A stretch of DNA of 64,000 nt from a virus. The notes beneath the pieces are model-generated. The model saw nothing but the letters and a program-made list of their open reading frames with translations, was not told the origin of the DNA and searched no databases. The stretch lies in IMG/VR virus record IMGVR_UViG_3300033075_000685. One strand, written 5' to 3'. Numbering within the stretch: position 1 is the stretch's first letter; every line of letters begins with the position of its first letter. Of this stretch, positions 32,958 to 44,600 are shown piece by piece. The translations under genes were made by a program, and so were the position numbers.

Positions 32958-33347
32958 ATGAATGTACCAATGCCGCTGTGTTATTACGCAAATCAAAGCG
33001 AAGGTGGAGGAGAACATTCTGATTCTGGTAATACTGAAGGACATACTGATACAGATTCCTCAACAAATGGAGGTGGTTCAGGTGGTTCAGCAAATACTAT
33101 AACTGATACAAGAACTTCTTCTGCTAATAATGATTATGAACAACATGCTGGTGGAGATGATGCACAATCTGATCAACAAGAAGGAGTAAGTTATCAAGGT
33201 GGATATTGTTTATGTGCTAGAACAGTTTTTGCAGATAATTTTCCAGTAGCAATTGGTGGGGGTGGAGGAAAAATTTTAGTTGAAGATTTACCATTATGTT
33301 TTAATACATATAATTTTGCAAGAGATGTTCTTGTTGGAATAATATAA
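32958..33347 (+). CDS. putative spike tip (divergent PAAR/gp5.4-like)
   Basis: Between gp5 and gp25; TVFADNFPVA.G; Cys/His residues; long Gly/Ser/Thr insertion. Confidence 0.45.
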   Translation: MNVPMPLCYYANQSEGGGEHSDSGNTEGHTDTDSSTNGGGSGGSANTITDTRTSSANNDYEQHAGGDDAQSDQQEGVSYQGGYCLCARTVFADNFPVAIGGGGGKILVEDLPLCFNTYNFARDVLVGII

Positions 33348-33368
33348 AAAGGATAAAAATAAAAATAA

Positions 33369-33758
33369 ATGGCACAAGAAGTATATTATTCGGATATAGA
33401 CATGGTGTTTAATATACATCCTGTTAAAGAAGATTTAGTAATTAGCACTAATGAAGCTGCAATTATTCGTTCTGTTAAAAATTTAGTATTAACTAATCAT
33501 TATGAACGACTTTTCCAATCTGAAGTCGGATCAAATATTAGTAAAATGTTATTTGAACTTATTTCCCCTTTAACTGCAAATATTGTTCAAAGAGAAATTT
33601 TTGATGTGATTAATACATTTGAACCTAGAATAACAAATTTAAAAGTTGATGTTGACGTTTCTCCTGATGAATTATCGTTAATTGCAACTATTCAATTTTA
33701 TATTAAAAATTATACCACATCAACGGTTGTTGAAATGGTATTAGAAAGAATTAGATAA
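33369..33758 (+). CDS. gp25: baseplate wedge gp25
   Basis: YSDID, AI.RSVKNLVLTN..ER.F, FEPRI, LERIR. Confidence 0.92.
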   Translation: MAQEVYYSDIDMVFNIHPVKEDLVISTNEAAIIRSVKNLVLTNHYERLFQSEVGSNISKMLFELISPLTANIVQREIFDVINTFEPRITNLKVDVDVSPDELSLIATIQFYIKNYTTSTVVEMVLERIR

Positions 33759-33768
33759 AGGAAAACTA

Positions 33769-35823
33769 ATGGCAGGAGCAAATTCACATTTACAATTAAT
33801 TGGAACAGACTTTAATGAAATAAAACGTAATCTTGTTACGTTTTTTAGAAGTCAAGATATTTTAAAAGATGCTGATTATACAGGAAGTGTTCTTTCTGTA
33901 TTAATGGATTTACTTGCATATAATACTCATTTTAATTCTTTCTATCTAAATATGGTTGGAAATGAAATGTTCTTAGATACTGCAATAAAACGCAGTTCTG
34001 TGATTTCACATGCCAAATTATTAAACTATCATCCTAGTTCTGTGACTTGTGCAACTGCATATGTAAATATTGATATTCTTGGATTAGAAACAAAAACTTT
34101 TTGGATGCCAAAATATACTAAATTTGCTTCTGGAAAAGTTAATAATGAAAATTATACTTTTTGTACTATTAGAGAATACTTTGAACAAGTAGATGCAAAT
34201 AATAATATACATTTAACTGATGTTGTTTTAAAACAAGGAGAACCTGTTAGTTATTCTTTTATATATGATACTGTAAATAATCCAAAAGGAATTTTTACAT
34301 TACCAGATTCTAATATTGATTTAGATACTATTGAAGTAATTGTTCAAAATTCACCAACAGATTATTATACAACGGTATTTAATAAATTTGAAGACCCATT
34401 AACATTAGATAATAATTCTGAAGTTTATTTCATTCAAGAATCTTTTAATGGACAATATGAAATTTATTTTGGTAATGGAATTTTAGGTAGAAACTTAGTT
34501 GATGGAAATATTGTAACAGTTAATTATTTATCTACTGATGGTGGTAATGCAAATAAAGCAAAAACCTTTATGCTTTTAGATGAATTAGCAAGTTATAGAA
34601 CTTTTAGAGTAACCACTGTTACTCCTGCATTTCTTGGAAACATAAAAGAAAGCATGGAATCTATAAAATATTTAGCACCTAGAATGTATTCATCACAAGG
34701 TCGTGCAGTAACACCAAATGATTATGTTACTTTATTAAAAAAGAATAATAATAAATTTCCAATTGATGCAGTCAATGTATGGGACGGAGAAGAGAATGTT
34801 CCGCCTATTTATGGCAAAGTGTTTGTTGCAGTAAAACCAGTTGGAACTTATACAATAACAGAAAATCAAAAAAAATTAATTGTAGAAAATATTCTAAAAC
34901 CAATTGGATTAGTTGGAGTCTCTGCTGAAGTTGTTGATGTAGATTACACTTATTTAAAAGTAAATGTTGATTTAGTTATAAACAAAACCAAAACAGTATT
35001 AACTAATTCCGAAATAAGATCAAAAGTTATTCAAGCAATTCAATCGTATGCAGATGAAAAACTAAATACTTTTTCTTCACGATTAATTATACCAGATTTA
35101 ATCACATATATTAATGAAGTTGATCCTTCTATTATAACAAATGATCAACAAATTTATTTACAAAAACGTATTTATCCAGTATTAGGCGTTAAAAATCAAT
35201 ATATTGCAGATTTTGGGTTTCCAATTCAAAAAGGAGTTTTTGGTGAATCTGTTTCTATTTCACCAACAATTCAATATAAAAGTGCAACTGGCAAAATTTT
35301 ACCAGAAGTATATTTAGAAGAATTTTCAACTGCTGAGACTAGAATAGATTCAATTTCTATTATTAATAAAGGATATAATTATACTTCAATTCCAAATGTA
35401 ATTATTGAAGGTGATGGAACTGGTGCATTGGCACATGCGGTATTGTATAATGGAAGAATTGCTTCTATTATTGTTGATAATCCGGGACAAAATTATACTC
35501 AAGCAGTTGTAAGAATATCTGGAGGCGGGGGACAATTAGGTTCTGCTAAAGCAATTTTAGCTGGACAATATAGTTTATTAAGATTATATTATTACAATAA
35601 TGGAGTTAAAACAATCTTAAATTCTTCAATTGGAACTGTTGATTATATTAACGGTATCGTAATATTAACTGATTTTTCTCCAGAAAATATTAATAATTTA
35701 ACTGGTACATTAAGCATTAATGTTATTCCAGATAAAAATATCGTGTATTCAATTAGAGAAAAATTATTAACTTATGATATAGATGATCCAGAAGCAATAA
35801 CAATTAATATATTACCAAACTAA
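33769..35823 (+). CDS. gp6: baseplate wedge gp6
   Basis: DF.EIK.NL, LAYNTH, NEMFLDTA..RSSV.SHAK, YEIYFG.G..G, QGRAVT..DY, PPIYGKVF. Confidence 0.93.
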   Translation: MAGANSHLQLIGTDFNEIKRNLVTFFRSQDILKDADYTGSVLSVLMDLLAYNTHFNSFYLNMVGNEMFLDTAIKRSSVISHAKLLNYHPSSVTCATAYVNIDILGLETKTFWMPKYTKFASGKVNNENYTFCTIREYFEQVDANNNIHLTDVVLKQGEPVSYSFIYDTVNNPKGIFTLPDSNIDLDTIEVIVQNSPTDYYTTVFNKFEDPLTLDNNSEVYFIQESFNGQYEIYFGNGILGRNLVDGNIVTVNYLSTDGGNANKAKTFMLLDELASYRTFRVTTVTPAFLGNIKESMESIKYLAPRMYSSQGRAVTPNDYVTLLKKNNNKFPIDAVNVWDGEENVPPIYGKVFVAVKPVGTYTITENQKKLIVENILKPIGLVGVSAEVVDVDYTYLKVNVDLVINKTKTVLTNSEIRSKVIQAIQSYADEKLNTFSSRLIIPDLITYINEVDPSIITNDQQIYLQKRIYPVLGVKNQYIADFGFPIQKGVFGESVSISPTIQYKSATGKILPEVYLEEFSTAETRIDSISIINKGYNYTSIPNVIIEGDGTGALAHAVLYNGRIASIIVDNPGQNYTQAVVRISGGGGQLGSAKAILAGQYSLLRLYYYNNGVKTILNSSIGTVDYINGIVILTDFSPENINNLTGTLSINVIPDKNIVYSIREKLLTYDIDDPEAITINILPN

Positions 35824-35826
35824 TCA

Positions 35827-38800
35827 ATGATTCCAAATTTTTTTAAAACTTCTTTAGTAATCCCGGATCAATTACCAAGACATATTGCTGAAAATCCTCA
35901 ATATGCAACTTTTGTTGCATTCATTGAAGCTTATTATGAATTTTTAGCAGAAGAAAAAAATGTTGAAGATAGAACTAAAAATCTATTAAATTATAAAGAT
36001 ATTGATTACACTTTAGATGAATTTGAACAATATTTCTTTAATGAATTTTTACCGTATTTTCCAGAAGAATCATTAACAGATAAAAGAGAATTGGTAAAAC
36101 TTTCTCATGAGTTATATCAAAGAAAATCTACACCAGCATCATTTAAATTTTTATTTAGAGCATTGTATAATGCCTATACAGAAACTATTAATACAAAGGA
36201 TTATGTATTAATTCCATCAAACGGAAAATGGAATAACTATAAATCTGTTAGAATTAATTCTACTAATCCAAAATTTCTTGAAATTAAAAATTATAAATTA
36301 ATTGGCGAAACTTCTAAAGCGATTGCAAAAATAGAAAATTCTCAGAATTATCAAAATAAAATAGAAATTTTTATTACTGATATATTAAGAGAATTTCAAT
36401 CGGGTGAATATGTTCGGGTTGTTAGTGATGCATTAACGGATGTTTATTTTGAAGGAGAAATATTAAGAGCAAAAGTTATTGGTGAACTCGCTCAATTAGA
36501 TATTAATCCAAATTTCAGAGGATTAAATTATAAACCGGGAAATCCAGTAACTATATTAGGAGGAATAAATCCAGATGTTAATGTAATAAGACCAGCAATT
36601 GCTGAAGTTAATGAAGTAACAACTGGAAATTTAATTGATATAAAGGTTATTAATGGGTCTTATGGATTTAGAACATATCCAGATACATTAATTGATATTT
36701 CTGGAGGTGGTGGAGTTGGTGCAACTGCTCAGGTTACTGGAGTAAATACAGATATATTAACTCCGGTAGTATTGCTTATTGTTGATCAAATTGCACCATA
36801 TGAAAATGTAGTTTTAACGGATGTTGTAAATGATCACATTTATTTAACCGATCAAGATGAAAATATTCTTGAATTCGGTTCTAGTATGCTAGATTTATTT
36901 CCAGTAGACTTTGTTCCTCAATATTATAATTTTCCAGCAAATCCATATGCAACCATTGATACAAAACTTATTGATGCATTTACATTTGCTAATTTTGACG
37001 CATATGCGTTATCAGAAATTTCATTAATTACAAAAGGTAGTAATTATAAAGAAGTTCCAGATATTTCGGCAAAATCAACATTTACTGTATATGAAAAAAC
37101 TTATGATTTAAAAGAATATGGTATTCTTGCTCCAATTAGAATTATTTTTGGAGGATATAATTATTCTGTTGGTGATGAAATTATTTTTTCTGGTGGTAGT
37201 GGTGCTGGTGCATATGCTAATGTTGTTTCAGTTAGTGCAAATGGCACAATTGAAAATGTTGATTTTTATATTGATGAAGAAAATATTTTTACTTTAGGTG
37301 GAATAGGATATTCTAATATAGCATTACCAGATGTTTTTGTAGAATCAGAAAATAATAAAATTATTGAATTAGTTGCTTCAGATTGGAGTGAAATTGATTC
37401 TAATGTTATTTATTTTGAAAATACTGCAAATGTAAAATCTGGAATGTTTATTACTGGTCATGGTATACCATCACAACCTGTTTATAATTATTTTCAATCA
37501 AATACTAGAGTAACAACGGTTTATTCGGATAGATTAGTATTATCTAATCCATTAACAGAAGTAGTTTATCCGGGTGATATTTTCACTGTAGATGGAACTG
37601 CCTTATTAAAGATAGATACTATTTTAGGTGATGGAGAAGTTCTTGGTGCTAATTATGATACTATTGGTGCTATTAAGAATTTTAATATTTTATTTAATGG
37701 AGAAGATTATGTTTCTTCTCCAGAAATTTCATTACGAATAATGGATGTTGCTGTTACTAATGTAAATGAATTATTACTTCCGGAAACAAGCGAATTAATT
37801 TATCAAGGAACAGACGTTGATTATCCAAATTTTATTGCAAATATAGAGAAACTTGAAATATTAGTTGATCCTAAAATTAATAATAGTTTTTATTTAAGAT
37901 TATATAATTATAATGGTTCGATTGATATAAATCAACCATTATATATTGATAGAGATGCAAAAAATACAAAAACATTATCATTCACAATTAGAAATTCTTT
38001 AAATGAACAAGGATTTTCTTCTGGATTAAAAATTTATGGTAATGGTAAAGCAAAAGCCAATGGACAATTTATTAATGGAACAATTAAACTAAAAGGAAAA
38101 TATCTTAATAATGATGGATTTTTAAGTGATTCTAATTATTTACAGAGTGAAATTTATAATCCATATAGTTATTTCTTAATCGCACAAAAAGCGTTTGCTG
38201 CTAGTAAACAAATGGTATTTGATTTATTAAATCCAAGTGGAAAAAAACTTGTATATATTGATGTTGAAAAATCAAATCCTTCTATCGATTTTAATACTGA
38301 TACAAATTTATATAGAACTTTATTATTAAGTGAAATAACAAACGATCAGGAAAGAGAAATTTTTGTTGGTGGTTTGAAATCAATTGAAGTTCTTGATGGT
38401 TCTAATGGATATAGATTATATCCGAATACTGTTATTCATATTAATGCAACAGATGCAGAAGCTGGATATGGAGCAAATGCAATTGTTACTGGCGTTGATA
38501 CTGCTAATATTGCTCCAGTAAGAATCGTCCCGGTTGATAGAATTTATCCATATGAAAATGTTTATTTAAGAGCAAAATCTTATGGATTTACTGCAAATCC
38601 ATCAGCAAATGTTGATACAAGATTAATTGATGCTTTTACATTTGTTAATTTTGATTCATTCCCAATTTCTGAAGTAACGGTACTAGAATCTGGATTAAAT
38701 TATTTTGATAATCCTAATATTTTTGCTATTTCACATTTCTTTGAAAACAATGAATTATTTGATCTTAGAGAATTTGGTATTTTATCTCCTATTGATATTG

Positions 38801-40035
38801 ATTATGGTGGTTGTAATTATCGAGTTGGAGATACCGTCAATTTAATTGGTGGTAGTGGTGTTGGAGCATTTGCAAATGTATCTTCAGTGGGACCGATTGG
38901 AGAAATTAAAAAAATTGATTATATATTTAATAATGAATTTTTATTCACATTAGGTGGATTGTGTTATAATGAGAGATTACCTGATGAAATTACTGTATCT
39001 GGAACATCTAATACTCAAATTTTAAATGCAACCGGAAATTCAAATATTAATGTTATTACAATTAAAGATTTTGCTATATTTAATAATGTTCAAGTTGGTA
39101 TGTATGTATCAGGTAACGGAATCCCTTCTAATTCTGAAATATACTTTAACACTAACACAAGAGTAGTATCAAAAAATACAGTGTCAAATTCTATAGTAAT
39201 TTCAACAAATGTTACTTCTAATTCTAATAATTCTATATTTAAATTTGATGGAACTGCTCAACTATCAATCTTTTCAATTCTAGGTGATAAAGCAGATTTT
39301 CAAGGAGAAGTTAACAAAACAGTAAAAGAAAAGAAACGACTATTAGGATCATTACTTGATACAAATGTCCTAAAAATTTATGAAGTAAGAAAAGAATTAA
39401 CTGGTATTACATTATCTTCTGTATTATCTGAAGATGATTATATTGAAATTGTGGATGAAAATAATAATTTAATTAAATCAAGAATTTTAAGCATTGATGA
39501 TACAAGAGATATTATTTATCTAAAAGATCATACTATTTTAGACTTATCTAATGTTGCATATGGATATGCAAATGCACAAACAAATTCGGTATTTATTACA
39601 TCATTAACTGGTTCTTATGATTTGCTAAATAATGGAAATTATTCTAATACTTTAAATTATTTACGAGATATAGTTTTTGTTGGTGATAAAATCACAATAG
39701 GAAATAACTATAATGTTGAAATAAATACTATTGATTATGAAAATCGTATTTTAACTCTTGCACCATATGTTATAAATGAAGGTAGTAATGTTCTACCAAC
39801 ATTAATATCATTTAAACGTAAAATTGAAACCAGTAATGTTTATGTTAATTACAAAGTTGATTATGCAACAATATTAAGTTCTGGTAATGTTGTTGTTACA
39901 TTATATACAGTAGACACTACTAAAGTATTTGCAGATAGTAGTAAAATTACGATTGGTACTATATCTGATGTTGTTACAGATGATAAAGTATTAACAACAG
40001 AAAATGATGAACAAATATTTACTCCATTACATTAA
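35827..40035 (+). CDS. gp7: baseplate wedge initiator gp7-like
   Basis: QLP, F.AF.EAYYEF, Y..K.T..SFKFLFR.LY, LQSEIYNPYSY; between gp6 and gp8. Confidence 0.75.
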   Translation: MIPNFFKTSLVIPDQLPRHIAENPQYATFVAFIEAYYEFLAEEKNVEDRTKNLLNYKDIDYTLDEFEQYFFNEFLPYFPEESLTDKRELVKLSHELYQRKSTPASFKFLFRALYNAYTETINTKDYVLIPSNGKWNNYKSVRINSTNPKFLEIKNYKLIGETSKAIAKIENSQNYQNKIEIFITDILREFQSGEYVRVVSDALTDVYFEGEILRAKVIGELAQLDINPNFRGLNYKPGNPVTILGGINPDVNVIRPAIAEVNEVTTGNLIDIKVINGSYGFRTYPDTLIDISGGGGVGATAQVTGVNTDILTPVVLLIVDQIAPYENVVLTDVVNDHIYLTDQDENILEFGSSMLDLFPVDFVPQYYNFPANPYATIDTKLIDAFTFANFDAYALSEISLITKGSNYKEVPDISAKSTFTVYEKTYDLKEYGILAPIRIIFGGYNYSVGDEIIFSGGSGAGAYANVVSVSANGTIENVDFYIDEENIFTLGGIGYSNIALPDVFVESENNKIIELVASDWSEIDSNVIYFENTANVKSGMFITGHGIPSQPVYNYFQSNTRVTTVYSDRLVLSNPLTEVVYPGDIFTVDGTALLKIDTILGDGEVLGANYDTIGAIKNFNILFNGEDYVSSPEISLRIMDVAVTNVNELLLPETSELIYQGTDVDYPNFIANIEKLEILVDPKINNSFYLRLYNYNGSIDINQPLYIDRDAKNTKTLSFTIRNSLNEQGFSSGLKIYGNGKAKANGQFINGTIKLKGKYLNNDGFLSDSNYLQSEIYNPYSYFLIAQKAFAASKQMVFDLLNPSGKKLVYIDVEKSNPSIDFNTDTNLYRTLLLSEITNDQEREIFVGGLKSIEVLDGSNGYRLYPNTVIHINATDAEAGYGANAIVTGVDTANIAPVRIVPVDRIYPYENVYLRAKSYGFTANPSANVDTRLIDAFTFVNFDSFPISEVTVLESGLNYFDNPNIFAISHFFENNELFDLREFGILSPIDIDYGGCNYRVGDTVNLIGGSGVGAFANVSSVGPIGEIKKIDYIFNNEFLFTLGGLCYNERLPDEITVSGTSNTQILNATGNSNINVITIKDFAIFNNVQVGMYVSGNGIPSNSEIYFNTNTRVVSKNTVSNSIVISTNVTSNSNNSIFKFDGTAQLSIFSILGDKADFQGEVNKTVKEKKRLLGSLLDTNVLKIYEVRKELTGITLSSVLSEDDYIEIVDENNNLIKSRILSIDDTRDIIYLKDHTILDLSNVAYGYANAQTNSVFITSLTGSYDLLNNGNYSNTLNYLRDIVFVGDKITIGNNYNVEINTIDYENRILTLAPYVINEGSNVLPTLISFKRKIETSNVYVNYKVDYATILSSGNVVVTLYTVDTTKVFADSSKITIGTISDVVTDDKVLTTENDEQIFTPLH

Positions 40036-40040
40036 ACGGC

Positions 40041-41648
40041 ATGAACACAAATAAACATATAATATATTATAATCTGATAACAGAATTACAAAAATTCTTA
40101 TTGTCATCTGCACAAAAAGAATTTAATTTATATCTTGCATTAGGAAAATCGTTGGATTGGGATGGAAACCTTCCTCCAGATGTTTCTTCTTCTGTTGATT
40201 ATATGAAAAAGGTATATAATAACTTTATATACATGAAGAAGATTTCTGTTAATGATATATCTTCAGTGATAGAAAGAATTGATTGGAATCCAGATACATA
40301 TTATGATTGTTATGATAATTCTGTTGATCTTTCTATTAGAAACCAAAATAAAAACTTAATTAGAAAATTTTATGTAAGAAATAAATTTGATCAAGTGTTT
40401 AAGTGTTTATGGAATAATATTAATGTTGCGAATACTTATAATATTTTAGATATTATTAATCATAATGATCAATATTTAACAATAAAACACGAAGGAGGAA
40501 CATATGATGTTGGAGAATATGTGACAATAGATTCTGTTATTCCTAATGAATTAAATCAAACTTTAAAAGTTATTAATAGTTCTAAAAGTTATGTTAATGT
40601 TGCTCATGGTAATTCAGGATCATATTTTATAACTACATCAAATACTTATATTTCAGGTGGAACAATAAAATCTGCTGTATTAACATCTGAAGAACCAGTA
40701 TTTGATACTGGAAGTTTTGATAGGAATGAAATAGTAAGAACTTCTGATGGATATAAATGGAAATATTTGTATACTATAGATAAAGGTGCAAAATTAAAAT
40801 TCTTTGATAATGAAATAATGCCATTACCAATTACTTTGAATACAAATTATTTAACATCGCCTTTTGGATTTGGTTCAATTGATGTTATTAATGTAAAAAA
40901 TGGTGGAGTTTATCAAAATGGAACAAATACGGTAAATGTAATTATTAGAGGAGATGGAACTGGAGCAACCGCAGAAGCATTTGTTAATAATAATACTATT
41001 AAAGAAATTACAGTAACTAATCCAGGGAAAAATTATACATATGCGAATATTTCTATTGAACCGGCTTTTGGAACGACTGGTTATGGTGCAGAAATAACAC
41101 ATTCAATTTCGCCAATTGGAGGACATGGATTTAATTTATTGAAAGAATTATTTTCTAAACAATTTTCTATTGTTTCTACCTTTTCAAGAAATGAAGAATA
41201 TAATTTCCCAACGGATATACAATTTAATCAAATTTCTTTATTATATAATCCATTTACAAGTTTTGATCTAACTTCTCCAAGTCAATCTTCTTATGTGAAT
41301 TGTATGATAGAAATGATTTTATCTTATGAAGGAGAACCTTTTAAAGTTGGAGAATTAGTATATCAAGGAATAAATTTAGATAGAGCAATATTTAAAGGTT
41401 CAGTTGTTTCAGTAGATGATATAAATAATACTATTAAAATTATAAATGTATCGGGAACCGCACAAGAAAATTATAAAATAAAAGGAACTCAAACTGCTGG
41501 TGAAAAGATTGTCCAACAAATATTCTTGACAGAATATATTCCTTATAGTGGAGATTTATTTTATCATGAAAATATTGCAAATATACAACGTGATCCAGTT
41601 GGAACAGAACAAATCAGAATTTTTATAGATTATACTAATATTACTTAA
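40041..41648 (+). CDS. gp8: baseplate wedge gp8
   Basis: RIDW....YD, FYV.N...VFKCL.N, DGYKWKYLYTI, SPIGGHG, SGD..Y.EN...I.R...TEQI. Confidence 0.85.
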   Translation: MNTNKHIIYYNLITELQKFLLSSAQKEFNLYLALGKSLDWDGNLPPDVSSSVDYMKKVYNNFIYMKKISVNDISSVIERIDWNPDTYYDCYDNSVDLSIRNQNKNLIRKFYVRNKFDQVFKCLWNNINVANTYNILDIINHNDQYLTIKHEGGTYDVGEYVTIDSVIPNELNQTLKVINSSKSYVNVAHGNSGSYFITTSNTYISGGTIKSAVLTSEEPVFDTGSFDRNEIVRTSDGYKWKYLYTIDKGAKLKFFDNEIMPLPITLNTNYLTSPFGFGSIDVINVKNGGVYQNGTNTVNVIIRGDGTGATAEAFVNNNTIKEITVTNPGKNYTYANISIEPAFGTTGYGAEITHSISPIGGHGFNLLKELFSKQFSIVSTFSRNEEYNFPTDIQFNQISLLYNPFTSFDLTSPSQSSYVNCMIEMILSYEGEPFKVGELVYQGINLDRAIFKGSVVSVDDINNTIKIINVSGTAQENYKIKGTQTAGEKIVQQIFLTEYIPYSGDLFYHENIANIQRDPVGTEQIRIFIDYTNIT

Positions 41649-41660
41649 AAGAGATAAAGC

Positions 41661-44600
41661 ATGGCAATTAATTTTAATCAATACCCATATTTTGATGATT
41701 TTGATGCGAATAAGCATTTTCATAAGATATTATTTAAACCGGGTGTTGCTGTTCAAGGTAGAGAATTAACACAAACTCAAACTATATTACAAGATCAAAT
41801 ACAAAAATTTGGAAATCATATCTTTCAGAATCATTCGGTTGTTTCTGGAGCCCAAACAACTGTAAATTTTAATGCAAATTTTGTTAAAATTGAAACTACT
41901 AATATTAATAACAGAGATATTGAAGCAGGAGATTTTATAGGTAAAACTGTAAAAAATTTAAATGGGAATGTTATTGCTAAAGTTCTTGTAGCAAAAGATA
42001 AGATTCTAAATACGGATGGCGAAATTCTTTATCCTCCATTATTAATTCTTTCTTACCTTTCAGGAACACAATTTACCTATGGTGATATAATTTATACTAA
42101 TGATAGTGATATTACTGCAAAAGTCATATCTGATACATCATCATTTTTACCAGCAACAGGAACTTCTTCAGTAGTAACAATTTCCGATGGTGTAATGTAT
42201 ATTGATGGATATTTTGTTGGCATTCAAGAACAAACTATTTCTATTGATGACTATTCTGATGTACCAACCGCAAAAGTCGGTATTACAATAGAAGAATCTA
42301 TAGTAAGTTATGATGTAGACGCAACTTTACTTGATCCAGCATTAGGAGAATCAAATTATCAAGCACCAGGCGCAGATAGATATAAAATTTATTTAAGATT
42401 AGTTTCTAAACCAATAGAAGATAATTCTGATACTAATTTCATTGAAACTCTTCGTATTAATAATGGAATTATTCAAAAAGCAGTTTTAAATACTGCATAT
42501 AGTATTATTGATGATTATTTTGCAAGACGAACTTTTGATACTAATGGCGATTTTATTGTCAGAAGATTTAATATAACTGCACAAGCAAATACAACAGCAA
42601 ATACACATTTCCAAATTAAAGTTGGTCCTGGTAAAGCATATGTTAGAGGTTATATTGCAGAAAATCAAAGTGATTTATTCTTAAATTGTTCAAAATCTAG
42701 GGATTATAATTCAGTCGTTGGAAAACCAATTTTCTTGAATTATGGTAATTATGTTTATACTACAAATCATTCTGGACAATTTGATTTTAAAAATTTTACT
42801 CCAATTGATATTCATGTTACAAGTTCAGCAAATACTTCTAATGCTCAAGCATATACTGCAACAAAAGTTGCAACTGCAAAAATTAAAAATTTAGAGTATG
42901 TTTCTGGAACGGGTGCAAATACTAAAACATATGTATTTAAAACTTATATTTTTGATGTTCAAAGCAATACTGTAGATGGTGTTTCAGATAATGCTACTGA
43001 TATAAATGTTAATACATTCACATTACCAAAACATTTTCCAACAAGTATTTTGGCTAATACTGTTTTTAATAATGCATCATTATTAATTAAATCTGGTAAT
43101 AATTCAGGTGATTTAGTATCAATTTCTAGTTATGATGCACCAGCAAGAACTTTAACTACTTCAAGAGATTTTATTTCTATTGTTGAAAAGAATGTTCAAT
43201 TTTCATTACTTTTTGGTGAAAGACATTATAGATCATTTTATGCAACTGCAAATAATCAAATTAATTGTAAAGTTCATGCATCAAGTAAAACAAATGGAGT
43301 TGATTCAGGAGAAACATTTATTTCAGATAAAGATTCTTCTCCTTTAATTTATGAAATTGGTAATGATTATATTAAAGAACAAAGTTTAACAAATGGTGAT
43401 TATTATTCTTGGATAGTAGAACGAAATGTATCATTAAATAATGGAACAATAAATCTTTCTAATAATATGAATTTTATTGGAGTTGGAGAATTACCAACAG
43501 ATTCAAAAAATGATAATTTCATAGCATTTGTTTCAAATCCAAGTTCTTCTACATTAGCAAATGGTTCTATATTTACATTTGATTCAACTGTTAATTCAAA
43601 TAGAAAAATAACTATTAGTGGAGATGGTGCAACAGCAACTTTTGTATGTGAAGCTGCAAATAATTCAGCAAAACTTGATATATTTGCAAAAGTACATATT
43701 GAAAATCCTAATGCAACTGTTGTATTAAAATCAAAAAAAATTGTTTCTCCAAATACATCTTCTAATAGTGTTCCTTATTCTGGAATTATCAAATCAAACA
43801 CTTATATTGATACTGTTCAAGGTAAATTATATTTTACAAATACTGCGATATCATTTGATACGACTTCCCAAAGTTTGTATGTATCTGATGTAATTAGTAT
43901 TTCAAAAATTGTTGATTCTATGAATGCTAATTTAAGAATCACTCAATCTATGTTAACTAATCCAGCACATGATATTACACGATTCTATTCATTTGATACT
44001 GGACAAAGAGATACCTATTATGATCATGGAGCAATTCAATTAATTCCAAATTCACCACCACCAAAAGGTGATGTGTTAATTTTCTATAAGAGATTTGATC
44101 ATGCAGCTGGTGACGGATATTTTAGTGTTGATTCTTATTTAGCACCAAAATCAACAAATCCAATTAAATATCAGTATATTCCTTCTTATAAAAGTAAAAA
44201 TGGAAAAATTTATAATTTAAAAGATTGTTTGGATTTTAGACCATCAAGAACTAATGCAACTACAGCATTTACTTTTACTCCAATTAATAATAATCCAACT
44301 CTAGCGATTCCTGTTGATGGAACTCTATTTACTACGGATTATAGTTATTATCTATCAAGAAAAGATATTGTTATAGTATCAAAAGATAAAACAATTTCTT
44401 TAATTGAAGGTATACCTAGTTTAAATCCTAAAGAACCAGTGGAACCTGATGGATCAATTATTATTGCTAAAATTACTCATGAACCATATGATGCATTTAT
44501 TCCGGGTGAAGTAGTTACAAGTGAACGATCATCAATAAACATTGAAAATGTCGAACATAAAAGATGGAGAATGGAAGATATTACAAGTCTTGAAAATAGA

